This document shows positions 43,489-53,567 of a stretch of 64,000 nt of DNA, one piece after another. Made by a program: the position numbers and the translations under genes. Within the stretch, counting starts at the first letter, position 1, and every line of letters starts with the position of its first letter. The stretch comes from a virus. Where the stretch lies: the IMG/VR virus record IMGVR_UViG_3300042888_002665. One strand, given 5' to 3'. Below the pieces are notes generated by a model. It was not told the DNA's origin and did no database searches. It saw nothing but the letters and a program-made list of their open reading frames with translations.

Positions 43489-46128
43489 TTAATCAAAAGT
43501 GAAAAACTTGTTAAAATTAGCATTAAATATAGGCATTCCCCATCCAATATCGGAATATAATCCTTCAATTTTATTTTTCATTACTGAATCAAATAATAAT
43601 CCTCGGTTAATGTATTTTTCAATAAATTCAATAATTTGTGGTGGATCATTATAACCATTAAATCCTATACAATCAATCTTAAATGGATTATCTTTTAAAT
43701 AAGCAATTAGCATTTTATCGCCAATCTGGAATTTAGAGTATTGTTTATCTAATCCTTTAAATTGTAGTAAGTCATTATAGCGAATAGCAGCTTTAGTATT
43801 GATTGGACATTTTAATCGTAATTTACTAAATATCTCACCATTTCTAGGACGTGAATCAATATATGATCCTAACTGCTTTAATCCAGTCGGCTTAAGGAGC
43901 TGACGCCAATCGATTGTGTTTACTTTAGTTTTAAAATCAAGTATCTGCTTATCGATATCTTGCTTTTGCTTTCCGAACATGATTTGATTTAGAATCGACT
44001 CACCAAATTCACGGAATAATGGTGGAAAATTCGATTTCATTAGATCTAATCCCTTCATGTCTAGCTCTTCAACTGTAACACCTTCCTTATTTACAATATA
44101 CATTGCGTAACGACGTTTACCTGAGAAGTAGCCCCGTTCGATTACTACTTCTTGTTTTAATTCAAAGTAGTGAGGTCGATCATGTAAATTAAATAAATCA
44201 ACTACTAGTGTATCTAAATGTTTATTTGCTAATAATTGAATCTCGGTAGCAATCTCTAATGTAGCTGCAATACAAGCCGCTTTATCAGTTAAATCAACAC
44301 CTTCAGCTCGTAGTAAATCCTTAACATGAATGAATAATGAGTCGGTATCTGAAGTAATAATATAATCTTTATTATTTGTACCTAATCGCTCATTCATTAT
44401 TTTATTACAGAATATAATCGATTCTTGAGTTAATCGTTGTCCTGTTAATGTAATGGCTTTAGATATCATCTTATGTCCATCAGTATAACGCCACGAGTTC
44501 AGAGCAAATACACCATACACATCATTTAATTTAATTTTATATGCATGTTGGCGTCGGTTATAAAACTCGCCCATAGCAGTATCACCTGCCTTATATGCTT
44601 GTTTCATTAGGTTCTTATACTCGACACGTTTATTAAACCAGTCAGTTAGGATTTCACACACGACTGATTGTTTATTCTTATCGAATATAACACCAGCAGC
44701 TGATATAATTAGGTTATTGTTTTTAACGAAATTATACATTATACCTGCTGTGGTATCTGTTAGCTTTAATGTTTTATCTGCTAGTAGTTTTTCGACTGTA
44801 ATCTTAGTGTTTGGATCCATGTGCTTTAGCTCATCTAAGGACCATTGACTATCGGTTTTATGTTTATTTACAATACGACCTACTAGCGTTTCAATACCAA
44901 TGTTTAAAGAACGAATAATTGATGGATACAGTGATGTAAAGTCTAAGTCAATTACCCACTCGTATAGGCCCGGTTCTGGATCCTTTAAATATCCACCGGC
45001 ATATTCGGATAATTCAATAATTTCATCTAATTGTTCTTTAGTGATTTTACCTGTTTTATAATCAAATTCAGCTTTCTTACGTGATAATCCACCTAATTTA
45101 GGATTTGATGTAGTAGGTTTATTAGGCGATACAATATTCTTACGTTTTAAGTAAGTTAAAATAGCACCATCATTCAGTGCAGTTGAGTAGTAGATGTTAT
45201 CGTAGGTAGTATGACATAAGTGACCAACAGTAACTGTTAGATCGATAAATTTCATTTTTTCCTCTAACTTAACTAGAATCTCAACGTCGCGAATGTTATA
45301 TTCGATAAATTTCTGTACGTCTTCCTTAAATAATTTATCTAATGAACCATAATACTCAATTTTACCTAACTTAACGTATTTAGTTCCAATATTACCTAAT
45401 GCGTATGATGGTTCTTGTTTAGTTACATATTTTTTAAATAGTAACATGTAATCTAGGTGATTTAAACCACCAATTTTAACTACTTGCTCACCATCATTTT
45501 CACCTACAGCTACTTTTCTAATCGGAGATAAGCGGTCAGCTTGCGTTTTACCTAATACTTTGGCAATTCTGTTGTATGTGTAAGGTACATCGAAGAATTC
45601 ACTATTCCACCCCGAGATTATCGTAGGATCTAATTCATTCCATTTATCTAGGAACGTTTGCAGCAGGATTTTTTCCGAAATACAAGAGATAACAAATGTA
45701 TTATCTTTTTCAGAATTTGTGAGTAATTGATCTTCATCTAATATATAACAATAATATTGCTTTAATGTATTATCATATAAAGCAATTGATGTAATTTTAG
45801 TTGGAGCATTAGCTACCGTTTGTGGTGTTAATGCACCCGCAATCTCACACTCAATATCAAAGAATACTGTATTATGAAATTCTGGTGTATCGTCTGATTC
45901 TGAGTATAAATCAACTAATACTCGAGTATGTTTGTCAACATCTGTTTCGTAGCAATCACCTGAGTATGTTTTAGTAGGGGATACCTTATCACCGAACAAT
46001 GTTAAATATTGTCCGTTAGTATCTGGTTTGTAAAATGTGGGTTGGTACTCGAATGAGTTCCAACCCAATTTATCATCACGTAAGTGATATTTCTTTTCTC
46101 TGGAATCGTAATAGATTGATTGATACAT
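43489..46128 (-). CDS. family B DNA polymerase with 3'-5' exonuclease (T4 gp43-like)
   Basis: ExoI FFDIEC, ExoII WNSEFFD, ExoIII YNIRD, motif A DLDFTSLYPS, motif B KIKLNDVYG, motif C SDTDS, KRRYA. Confidence 0.97.
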   Translation of the reverse strand: MYQSIYYDSREKKYHLRDDKLGWNSFEYQPTFYKPDTNGQYLTLFGDKVSPTKTYSGDCYETDVDKHTRVLVDLYSESDDTPEFHNTVFFDIECEIAGALTPQTVANAPTKITSIALYDNTLKQYYCYILDEDQLLTNSEKDNTFVISCISEKILLQTFLDKWNELDPTIISGWNSEFFDVPYTYNRIAKVLGKTQADRLSPIRKVAVGENDGEQVVKIGGLNHLDYMLLFKKYVTKQEPSYALGNIGTKYVKLGKIEYYGSLDKLFKEDVQKFIEYNIRDVEILVKLEEKMKFIDLTVTVGHLCHTTYDNIYYSTALNDGAILTYLKRKNIVSPNKPTTSNPKLGGLSRKKAEFDYKTGKITKEQLDEIIELSEYAGGYLKDPEPGLYEWVIDLDFTSLYPSIIRSLNIGIETLVGRIVNKHKTDSQWSLDELKHMDPNTKITVEKLLADKTLKLTDTTAGIMYNFVKNNNLIISAAGVIFDKNKQSVVCEILTDWFNKRVEYKNLMKQAYKAGDTAMGEFYNRRQHAYKIKLNDVYGVFALNSWRYTDGHKMISKAITLTGQRLTQESIIFCNKIMNERLGTNNKDYIITSDTDSLFIHVKDLLRAEGVDLTDKAACIAATLEIATEIQLLANKHLDTLVVDLFNLHDRPHYFELKQEVVIERGYFSGKRRYAMYIVNKEGVTVEELDMKGLDLMKSNFPPLFREFGESILNQIMFGKQKQDIDKQILDFKTKVNTIDWRQLLKPTGLKQLGSYIDSRPRNGEIFSKLRLKCPINTKAAIRYNDLLQFKGLDKQYSKFQIGDKMLIAYLKDNPFKIDCIGFNGYNDPPQIIEFIEKYINRGLLFDSVMKNKIEGLYSDIGWGMPIFNANFNKFFTFD

Positions 46129-46160
46129 ATAACCTTTTTGTTGTAAACATAATTAAGAAA

Positions 46161-46994
46161 TTATTTATCTAAAATAATAAATCCATTATCATATTTTGTA
46201 GGGATTTTAATCCAATTTTCACACCAAATATCTTGAGGATCTTCCTTTACCCCAGGACCAAACCATGTACTAGGAGATACAACTACTTTATTTGTATTTC
46301 TTGACATCCAAGCACCCCACCAAGAATATGTTGAATTTGAAATTATGAAATGATCACATAAACTTAATAACCAAATACCTTCTTCATTCCAAAATTTTGA
46401 ATTATCATTAAACACCATATTAGGTAAATTAATGTTTTCTTTACACCATTCTATATCATCACTCATTATTAATAACACATCATGTTGAGGTAAATATTTG
46501 TAAGCTTCATTAATATATTCTAATGATATAGAAGGATGATTAAATGATTGATCTGAATGTAAATAATCTCCTCTTCTTACATTTATTGCTGCTACTGTTG
46601 AATTTTGGAAAAATGGATATTCATTATAAACTTTATCAATAAATTCTAAAGGGTATGAGAATAAAGATTTAATAGCTTCGGTGTGTTTTTTAAAATATTT
46701 TTCACTCTGATAATATCCTGAAAATATAGTTGGGTGATTATCATTTGGGGGTAATTTTTCAAAATAAAATTTTCCTTGAATTGATTCATTTCCATATGTT
46801 GATACAGATGAATCAAATTCTAATTTTCTAAATAAGGTATTTTTTAAATTTGGTAATGGAAATTCATTTTCAGGTAAAAGGAATTGTCTGTTATACTCTA
46901 AAGATTTGGCATAAGCATGAGCGATTTGAAACATTAAATTCCCAGTTCTTCCAATTAATCTACAAGTTATATAATTATAAGTCTTTGTTATCAT
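46161..46994 (-). CDS. alpha-1,2-fucosyltransferase (GT11)
   Basis: GRTGNLMFQ, GYYQSEKYF, NVRRGDY, SDD, ISNSTYSWWGAW. Confidence 0.9.
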   Translation of the reverse strand: MITKTYNYITCRLIGRTGNLMFQIAHAYAKSLEYNRQFLLPENEFPLPNLKNTLFRKLEFDSSVSTYGNESIQGKFYFEKLPPNDNHPTIFSGYYQSEKYFKKHTEAIKSLFSYPLEFIDKVYNEYPFFQNSTVAAINVRRGDYLHSDQSFNHPSISLEYINEAYKYLPQHDVLLIMSDDIEWCKENINLPNMVFNDNSKFWNEEGIWLLSLCDHFIISNSTYSWWGAWMSRNTNKVVVSPSTWFGPGVKEDPQDIWCENWIKIPTKYDNGFIILDK

Positions 46995-46996
46995 AT

Positions 46997-47647
46997 TTAC
47001 TTTTTTTCTACTCGTGAATAGCAATTTATATAATCATTCTCACTACTGATATGTCCATGAGCATCTAAATCACTAGTAACAGGTCGTTGATATATCAATG
47101 GAATACTTGTTATATATTTATTAAGTTGGGGAGAATTACCATACCAACCATCAATAGCTCCATCTTCAAAGGGTTTATAGTTATCTAAAACATATTTTAT
47201 AGTTTTTCTTTTATATCCAACAGCATGAAGCCCTAACACCCATTCAATCTTAGATAAATTTTTAGAAACTGATTTCATTTCAAATAAAGGACACCCTCCA
47301 AAATAAATTAAATTCCAATCAAAATCTTTTAAATCATCGAGGGAGTTTTCTATAAGTTCTATTGTTGGAGTATCATAATGTTTATAAAATGCTGCATCAT
47401 CTTCAAATATTAAAACACATTCATGCCCTTCCTCATATATTTTTTTAAATAGTTTATAATAACTAGCAGCACAGTAGTGGTGCCTTTTCATCATATCAAG
47501 CTCATTAATTCCATCTAAAGCAGATACTCGTTCAAAGAATGTGTCTAAATTATGAGATTTCATTTCTTCAATAAAAAGTTCATTTCTATCAGTTCTTCTA
47601 TCTAAATTAATATAATAGCCTTTTTGGAAAAAATCTGTTATTTTCAT
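46997..47647 (-). CDS. glycosyltransferase family 25
   Basis: YINLDRRTDR, FERVSALDG, LIFEDD, AID. Confidence 0.85.
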   Translation of the reverse strand: MKITDFFQKGYYINLDRRTDRNELFIEEMKSHNLDTFFERVSALDGINELDMMKRHHYCAASYYKLFKKIYEEGHECVLIFEDDAAFYKHYDTPTIELIENSLDDLKDFDWNLIYFGGCPLFEMKSVSKNLSKIEWVLGLHAVGYKRKTIKYVLDNYKPFEDGAIDGWYGNSPQLNKYITSIPLIYQRPVTSDLDAHGHISSENDYINCYSRVEKK

Positions 47648-47654
47648 TTTATTA

Positions 47655-48836
47655 TTAAACGTTATTTAAATTATTTATAAATTCATCCCAAATTGATCCT
47701 ATTTTGTTAATATTAAAATTATCTAAAATATATTGTTTTCCTGCATTTTTATAATGTTCTTTAATTTGTGGATTTTGTTCTAAATAATTTATTTTATCTA
47801 CAATATGATTTACTTGATTGAATTTTCCTTCTTCATCTCTAATTAAATCTAAATCTTTAATTTCATCTAAATTTACGCCATCAGGAGCATCTAACCAAAC
47901 ACAATAATCTTTATAATTACCTGGTAATGCACCTAGAGGGTATGTTAAAACTATAACACCTAAAGCTAAAGCTTCGGCAACAGTTAAAGCGAATGTATCT
48001 TTTCTAATAATTTTATGGATCGTATTTAAAGGGTTTATTAGATATTCACTTTCAGCTAAATGAGTAAATACAGTTTTTCTATCACAAGATCCATGGTTAT
48101 AAAAGAAATCATCAGTGTGATGATCTACTGTAATGAAATAATCAAATGCATGGAATTCTTTATTAGGTACATTTACTTGTCTAACTGCTTCTAATGAGGT
48201 GTTTCCTCCAGTAGTCCAAGTAGAATGGAATATAAATTTACCTGGTTTTTTTGTTGGTATTTCATTGATTACTTCATTAATTATTTCATCGAATATTGGA
48301 TTAGGAATTAAAGCATTAAGGGATCTTGGATAATTTTCTATAATATGATTTATTATTCCCTGATTACATGATTGTTGCCAATCTGAAACATTTACTATTC
48401 CTATAGATAAATTATTATTTGTAGCATATTTGATCAATTCATCTAACCCATATATCCACTGCATATGAGACCAATATATAATAGATTTAGTTACAGTTAT
48501 AGGTAATTCATTATAATCGGTGTACCACAACATGCTTACTAATATATCAAAAGTTTTATTATCAATACCTTCAAATTCCGTATTTGTATATTTTACCCCA
48601 TAGAATTCTTCTCCTGGAGTATATATACCACCATTAGCTTTAAATTCATTTTCTAAAGGTTCATCTAGTATATCTGTTACTACAACAACTTCATGCCCTT
48701 GTTTTGCTAAATATTCAGCTACTAATATAGAGGAGGTATCAGTACCTGATGCTCCTGCCCCTCCATAACGTAAAGAATAACCATTTAGATACTTATTTCG
48801 TCGAGTATTACCTCTTACAATGAATGCTATTCTCAT
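47655..48836 (-). CDS. GT-B glycosyltransferase-like protein (paralog 1)
   Basis: GASGTDTS, KDTFALTVAEALALG; clearly homologous to 48833-50008. Confidence 0.75.
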   Translation of the reverse strand: MRIAFIVRGNTRRNKYLNGYSLRYGGAGASGTDTSSILVAEYLAKQGHEVVVVTDILDEPLENEFKANGGIYTPGEEFYGVKYTNTEFEGIDNKTFDILVSMLWYTDYNELPITVTKSIIYWSHMQWIYGLDELIKYATNNNLSIGIVNVSDWQQSCNQGIINHIIENYPRSLNALIPNPIFDEIINEVINEIPTKKPGKFIFHSTWTTGGNTSLEAVRQVNVPNKEFHAFDYFITVDHHTDDFFYNHGSCDRKTVFTHLAESEYLINPLNTIHKIIRKDTFALTVAEALALGVIVLTYPLGALPGNYKDYCVWLDAPDGVNLDEIKDLDLIRDEEGKFNQVNHIVDKINYLEQNPQIKEHYKNAGKQYILDNFNINKIGSIWDEFINNLNNV

Positions 48837-50008
48837 TTTATTAAATCATTTACAAATGTTTCCCACATTTTACCTATTTTGTTAATATTAAAATTATCTA
48901 AAATGTATTGTTTCCCTATATTTTTATAATGTTGTTTTAATTCAGGATTAGATTCTAAATATTTTATTTTTGTTGTAATATTATCAGTGTATTTAAAAAT
49001 TCCATCTTCATCTTTAGATAAGCTTTCTAATTGCATTTTTTCAAAATTAGCTCCTGGAGGGGCATCTAACCAAACACAATAATCATTAAAATTTTCAGGT
49101 AATGCTCCTAAAGGATAAGTGATAACAATAACTCCTAAGGCTAAAGCTTCTGCTACAGCACATGAAAATGTATCTTTATGAACATCTTGATAAGGAGTAT
49201 ATAGAGGGTAAATAAAATACTCACTTTCAGCTAAATGTCTAAATAAAGTTTTTTTATCCACACTCATATGATTATGAAAAAATGAATCTGAATGGTCATG
49301 GAGGGACAATAAATAGGTAAAAGCATGAAGTTCAGAATCTTCATATTCTAATTCTCTAATAGCTTGTACGGCCACATCTCCTCCTCTTGCCCATAATGGA
49401 TGAAATATAAATTTATGTTTTTTCTTCGGAATATTTTCTAATAAAACTTCATTAATAACATCATCCATTACTGGATTAGGAATTAAGGTAGATTTTATTT
49501 CTGAATTATTTAATAGAGCATGATTGATTATACCACTATTCATACTCTTTTCCCATTCTGATATATTAACAAATCCTAATTTTAAGTTATTAATTTTAGT
49601 ATATTCTACCATTTCCCCAATACCATAAATCCACTGCATATGGCACCAATATATTACTGCTTTGGTGATTTTAGGTAGTTTATGATATTCTTGAAACCAT
49701 AAACTATTTATTAAAACATCATATTCAGTAAATGACACATTGGTAAATTCAAAATCGGTGTATATTACTCCCCTAACTTTTTTACCTTGATTAAATACTA
49801 TACCTTTTTCAGCATATGCTTCTTCTAAAGCTGGTTCTAATTTATCTAAAGCTATAACAACATCATGCCCTTGAGATGCTAGATATTCTGCTACTAATAT
49901 GGAGGAGGTATCAGTACCTGATCCTCCACCATTTCCATATCTTAATGTATCTCCATCTAAATAATTACTTCTTCTGCTATTCCCTAAAACGGTAAATAAT
50001 ATTCTCAT
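48833..50008 (-). CDS. GT-B glycosyltransferase-like protein (paralog 2)
   Basis: GGSGTDTS, KDTFSCAVAEALALG. Confidence 0.75.
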   Translation of the reverse strand: MRILFTVLGNSRRSNYLDGDTLRYGNGGGSGTDTSSILVAEYLASQGHDVVIALDKLEPALEEAYAEKGIVFNQGKKVRGVIYTDFEFTNVSFTEYDVLINSLWFQEYHKLPKITKAVIYWCHMQWIYGIGEMVEYTKINNLKLGFVNISEWEKSMNSGIINHALLNNSEIKSTLIPNPVMDDVINEVLLENIPKKKHKFIFHPLWARGGDVAVQAIRELEYEDSELHAFTYLLSLHDHSDSFFHNHMSVDKKTLFRHLAESEYFIYPLYTPYQDVHKDTFSCAVAEALALGVIVITYPLGALPENFNDYCVWLDAPPGANFEKMQLESLSKDEDGIFKYTDNITTKIKYLESNPELKQHYKNIGKQYILDNFNINKIGKMWETFVNDLIK

Positions 50009-51271
50009 TTATATAAGTTTTTCGTAACGTGGACTCCATCCTTGTTCTTCATCAAATAAATACATTACTATTTTAGATGGTTTATCTATAGATTGAATAT
50101 TAACTGTAAATTGATTATTTTCTAAATTTACATATTGGGGTTGAGTCTCGATTTGGAAATCATGTCTGTATAACTCAACATCAGATTTAGTTAATACTCC
50201 TAAAGTTAAAAATTTAGGTTTTTTAAATTGACATTTCTTAAAGAAGTCAATATCCCAATTAATAGACACATCATATTTATTAGTTATAAATCCTTCATCC
50301 CACGGTAATGAATTAGGTGGTTCATTTACTTTTAATGTATAATCTTGAATTCTTTGTTTCTTAAAATCAATACCAGTAAATAACTCATATTCACGAAGTG
50401 TTCTTGCTGTACCTAATCCAAAACCAGTTAAATCAATACCATTATCTTCTTGATCAAATAATTGACGAGTTTTTCGACGAGCAAAAACATCACGTTCGCC
50501 ACTAGTTTTATTAGTTTCTGATTTGATTCCATGATCATCCCAATGTTTAGGGCGACCTTGGCGAGTATATTCATGCCAGATATAAGGACGATATGGGCTA
50601 AAGAAATCATATCCTGAAGTCCAAGCACGTACACTCATTGTTGTTTCTTCTGTATAACCACCAAAGTAAATATCTGGATCGTATGGTACTTCTTTAATGA
50701 ATTTACTATCTACAAAATAGAAATGACCACTAATAGTACGAGCTTTAATAACTGTATTGCGTTCTTTCCAGTCTTGAATATACCAAGGCATAGACATCAA
50801 TAGTTTATCGGAACTAAACTCGTATTGAGACATTAATGATGGTAATTTCTGTAAGTTGCAACGACATGTATCAGCAGATGCTACATCGAATGGAGATAAA
50901 TAAGTTGTAATTATAGGATTATCAGACATTGTTAATGCCTGTTTATAATCTTCAATCATCATTGTATCCCACCCCATTTCAAATCTATGATGAGAATCTA
51001 ATTGTAATGTATATGGTTCTCCTTCCCATAATTCAGCTACTTTATTACGAGCCCACCCTAATCCTTGACTTTCAGTATAATCAAATATTTGATATCTAAC
51101 TTGAGGATGATCAGCAAATTCCTCTAGAGATTCATCATCATCTTTTTGCCAGCATATTCCAAATATTAAATTCTCAGGACGATGAGCTTGTTTTAAAGCA
51201 TCTCGCATAGTAGGAACTAATTGAGGATCTCTATATGATGCTAATTGAACAAATATTTTATCGTTTTGCAT
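50009..51271 (-). CDS. Gnt1/GT60-like N-acetylglucosaminyltransferase (Skp1-hydroxyproline GlcNAc-T family)
   Basis: IFVQLASYRD, FGICWQ, SQGLGWAR, LQLDSHHRF...WD, GHFYF, YFGGYTEE, WTSGYDFFSP. Confidence 0.82.
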   Translation of the reverse strand: MQNDKIFVQLASYRDPQLVPTMRDALKQAHRPENLIFGICWQKDDDESLEEFADHPQVRYQIFDYTESQGLGWARNKVAELWEGEPYTLQLDSHHRFEMGWDTMMIEDYKQALTMSDNPIITTYLSPFDVASADTCRCNLQKLPSLMSQYEFSSDKLLMSMPWYIQDWKERNTVIKARTISGHFYFVDSKFIKEVPYDPDIYFGGYTEETTMSVRAWTSGYDFFSPYRPYIWHEYTRQGRPKHWDDHGIKSETNKTSGERDVFARRKTRQLFDQEDNGIDLTGFGLGTARTLREYELFTGIDFKKQRIQDYTLKVNEPPNSLPWDEGFITNKYDVSINWDIDFFKKCQFKKPKFLTLGVLTKSDVELYRHDFQIETQPQYVNLENNQFTVNIQSIDKPSKIVMYLFDEEQGWSPRYEKLI

Positions 51272-51794
51272 TTTTTAATTCGTCTTCTGTAAAGAATTGT
51301 TTTAAATTAGGAGCGAAATATGATAGTGATTTCTGTACTTTACGATCTTCTGAACGATATACTACAAATTTATCACCACGTTTTTCAAAGTGACATGGAC
51401 GGCCAGATGCTGCTGTTCTAAATTTAGCAGTTGCATCAGCTTCTTCCTCTGTAGCACATGATTTAGATAAATTAGATTCCTGTACTTCATTATATGCAGC
51501 TAGGAATTTATCTTTTAATCCAAACGCCATAATACCAGCTGATAAAACGTACATAATATCACAGAATGCATCTAGTACTTCTACGATGTCACCATCTTCA
51601 GCTGCTACTTTATACTCGTCTAATTCCTCTAAAATAAAGTTATAGATAAAATCACGTTCCATTTTTTCAGGAATGGTAGGTATTTTGTTATTTAGTTTAC
51701 CGAATAACTTATTGAATGTTTCTACTTCAGTAATGAAGTGTAATCGATCATTATCGATCATTTTTTTAATAACTCCGTCTTGATAATTTTCCAT
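51258..51794 (-). CDS. MazG-like / PRA-PH all-alpha NTP pyrophosphohydrolase
   Basis: EELDEY...EVLDAFCDIMYV...EVQESNLSK. Confidence 0.85.
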   Translation of the reverse strand: MENYQDGVIKKMIDNDRLHFITEVETFNKLFGKLNNKIPTIPEKMERDFIYNFILEELDEYKVAAEDGDIVEVLDAFCDIMYVLSAGIMAFGLKDKFLAAYNEVQESNLSKSCATEEEADATAKFRTAASGRPCHFEKRGDKFVVYRSEDRKVQKSLSYFAPNLKQFFTEDELKNAKR

Positions 51795-52504
51795 TAAATG
51801 TATGCTTGTAGGTTAAATTTTAACATTTCTAATACTTCTTGTTTAGCTGTTTTAGCGTGGTCAGCAAATACACCTGATACTTCTGATGTCATCATACTAG
51901 CACCCATATGCTTAACTCCGCGACACGATACACAATTGTGAGTTGCATGCATCATTACCATAATACCTTCATTACCTACAATTAATTTATCCATAGCATT
52001 ATGAATAGCCATAGTTAATTGTTCTTGAATAGCACCTCTACGTGAGAAATGCTCAACTACACGATTTAATTTTGATAATCCGATTACCTTTGATTCAGGA
52101 CCAGGTACATATGCAATATGACATTTACCTAAAATTGCTTGGTGGTGATGAGAACACATTGATATTACTGGAATATCACGCTCTAATACAATACCATTAT
52201 AACCATCTGATGGGAATGCTGTAACATCGCCTAATACTTCGTAACGACCTCTCCATAAATCATTAACGTATGCTTTAGCAACACGTTTTGGAGTGTTTGA
52301 TGAATTTGGATCGTTTTTCCAATCAACACCTAATGCGTCTAAGAAATTACCATATGCAACAGTTGCATTATCGATAATAGTTTGTTTTTCTTCTACGGTT
52401 AGAGAGCGCTCTTTACCTTCGGTTTTAATGATTTCTTGTAAATGGAGTGAGATACCATTTGCATTACCTGAATTGGTAATTTCTAAATTGTCGATTTTAC
52501 ACAT
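51794..52504 (-). CDS. folE: GTP cyclohydrolase I
   Basis: TPKRVAK, SMCSHH, GLSKLNR, QEQLT, HNCVSCRGV. Confidence 0.96.
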   Translation of the reverse strand: MCKIDNLEITNSGNANGISLHLQEIIKTEGKERSLTVEEKQTIIDNATVAYGNFLDALGVDWKNDPNSSNTPKRVAKAYVNDLWRGRYEVLGDVTAFPSDGYNGIVLERDIPVISMCSHHHQAILGKCHIAYVPGPESKVIGLSKLNRVVEHFSRRGAIQEQLTMAIHNAMDKLIVGNEGIMVMMHATHNCVSCRGVKHMGASMMTSEVSGVFADHAKTAKQEVLEMLKFNLQAYI

Positions 52505-52539
52505 AACTTATTGTTTAAATTTATAACTGAATTTAATTA

Positions 52540-52566
52540 GGAAAGACTTGATTGACAAGTCCTTCC
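52540..52566 (-). terminator. hairpin GGAAGGACTTG-TCAAT-CAAGTCTTTCC fused to the folE promoter motif
   Basis: 11-bp stem followed by TAATTAAATTCA. Confidence 0.6.
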
Positions 52567-52589
52567 ATTATTTAATATTTTATTTGATA

Positions 52590-52901
52590 TTATTTAATAC
52601 CTGCAATCTTGTACCAGCGATATGAAACTTCATCTAGTTCTTCTGGTTTTTCATGCATATTATCTTCAACTGCATTCATTCCAGAAGTAGCAGCTTTGTC
52701 TTCTTTAGAACCAACAATTTCATCGTATTGTTCCATCTGCATTATATCACCATCAGCACACATTTCGATTAATTTTTCAGCTACATCATGTAACATCATA
52801 TCATCAGTTGCATCTTCGCGAGCGAATTCTAGTAAACGTATAAATAATGGAACATCAACTGTGATGACGTCCATTTTGTTTTCTTGTTCTTGATCTTCCA
52901 T
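52590..52901 (-). CDS. acidic hypothetical phage protein
   Basis: ITVDVPLFIRLLEFAREDA...LHDVAE motif. Confidence 0.65.
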   Translation of the reverse strand: MEDQEQENKMDVITVDVPLFIRLLEFAREDATDDMMLHDVAEKLIEMCADGDIMQMEQYDEIVGSKEDKAATSGMNAVEDNMHEKPEELDEVSYRWYKIAGIK

Positions 52902-52940
52902 ATTATTATTTGATATAAATATAGTAAAGAAATAAAAATA

Positions 52941-53537
52941 TTAAATAAAGTCAAACCAACCTGTTAGTATATATTTAGTTTTAGTATAACTAATTTGCCC
53001 CCTGTGTGTATGAGTCCAATCTGGGGGCCATATTAGTAATTTACCTACTTCTGCTTTTTCTGTATGTTCTTGATATAGAAATTCTGTTCCACCATCTTCT
53101 ACATCATTTAGATAGATCATCCAAACTAATACACGAGTACTAGTAGGACCATGTGAACGTTCGCAATGCCATGTATAAAATCCTTCACCAGGTTCGTATT
53201 TTTGTAAATTGAATCGAAGTATTGAAAACGGGGGTAGAACATCAATTGCTTGAAATTGTGCTGCATAATATTCTAATCCTTCCTGCACCGCAGGAAATAG
53301 AGTTTTCATTAATGGCTCCCATAATTCGATCTCTTTTTCATCCCAACTACTGATTGAATCTGAGGTAAAACTAATATCGGTAGATTTTTTAGTTTCTGTT
53401 TTATTATGAGCAGACATCCCATTATCTTGGGATACAACTCTACCTGGTTTCTTTTGTGAAGATTTTTCAAATGCATCTATAAATTTAGAGCATTCTTCGG
53501 GGGTAAGCACATTTCGCTGTGAGTAGATAAACTGCAT
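52941..53537 (-). CDS. 2OG-Fe(II) oxygenase (prolyl-4-hydroxylase-like phage family)
   Basis: LQKYEPG, WHCE (HxE), WMIYLNDV, GGTEF, HTHRG, KYILTGW. Confidence 0.9.
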   Translation of the reverse strand: MQFIYSQRNVLTPEECSKFIDAFEKSSQKKPGRVVSQDNGMSAHNKTETKKSTDISFTSDSISSWDEKEIELWEPLMKTLFPAVQEGLEYYAAQFQAIDVLPPFSILRFNLQKYEPGEGFYTWHCERSHGPTSTRVLVWMIYLNDVEDGGTEFLYQEHTEKAEVGKLLIWPPDWTHTHRGQISYTKTKYILTGWFDFI

Positions 53538-53567
53538 ATAACTAATTATAATAAGGAAATAAATTAA

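Noticed and set aside
51794-52504. Complete 7-deazaguanine DNA-modification cluster
   Set aside because: Only folE is present; no queD, queE, queC, dpdA or gat-queC in this window.
43489-53537. Eukaryotic giant-virus origin (PolB, RFC-like, P4H, GT60)
   Set aside because: Coupled operons, intrinsic terminators, peptidoglycan hydrolases, TBDT and lipoproteins indicate a bacteriophage.
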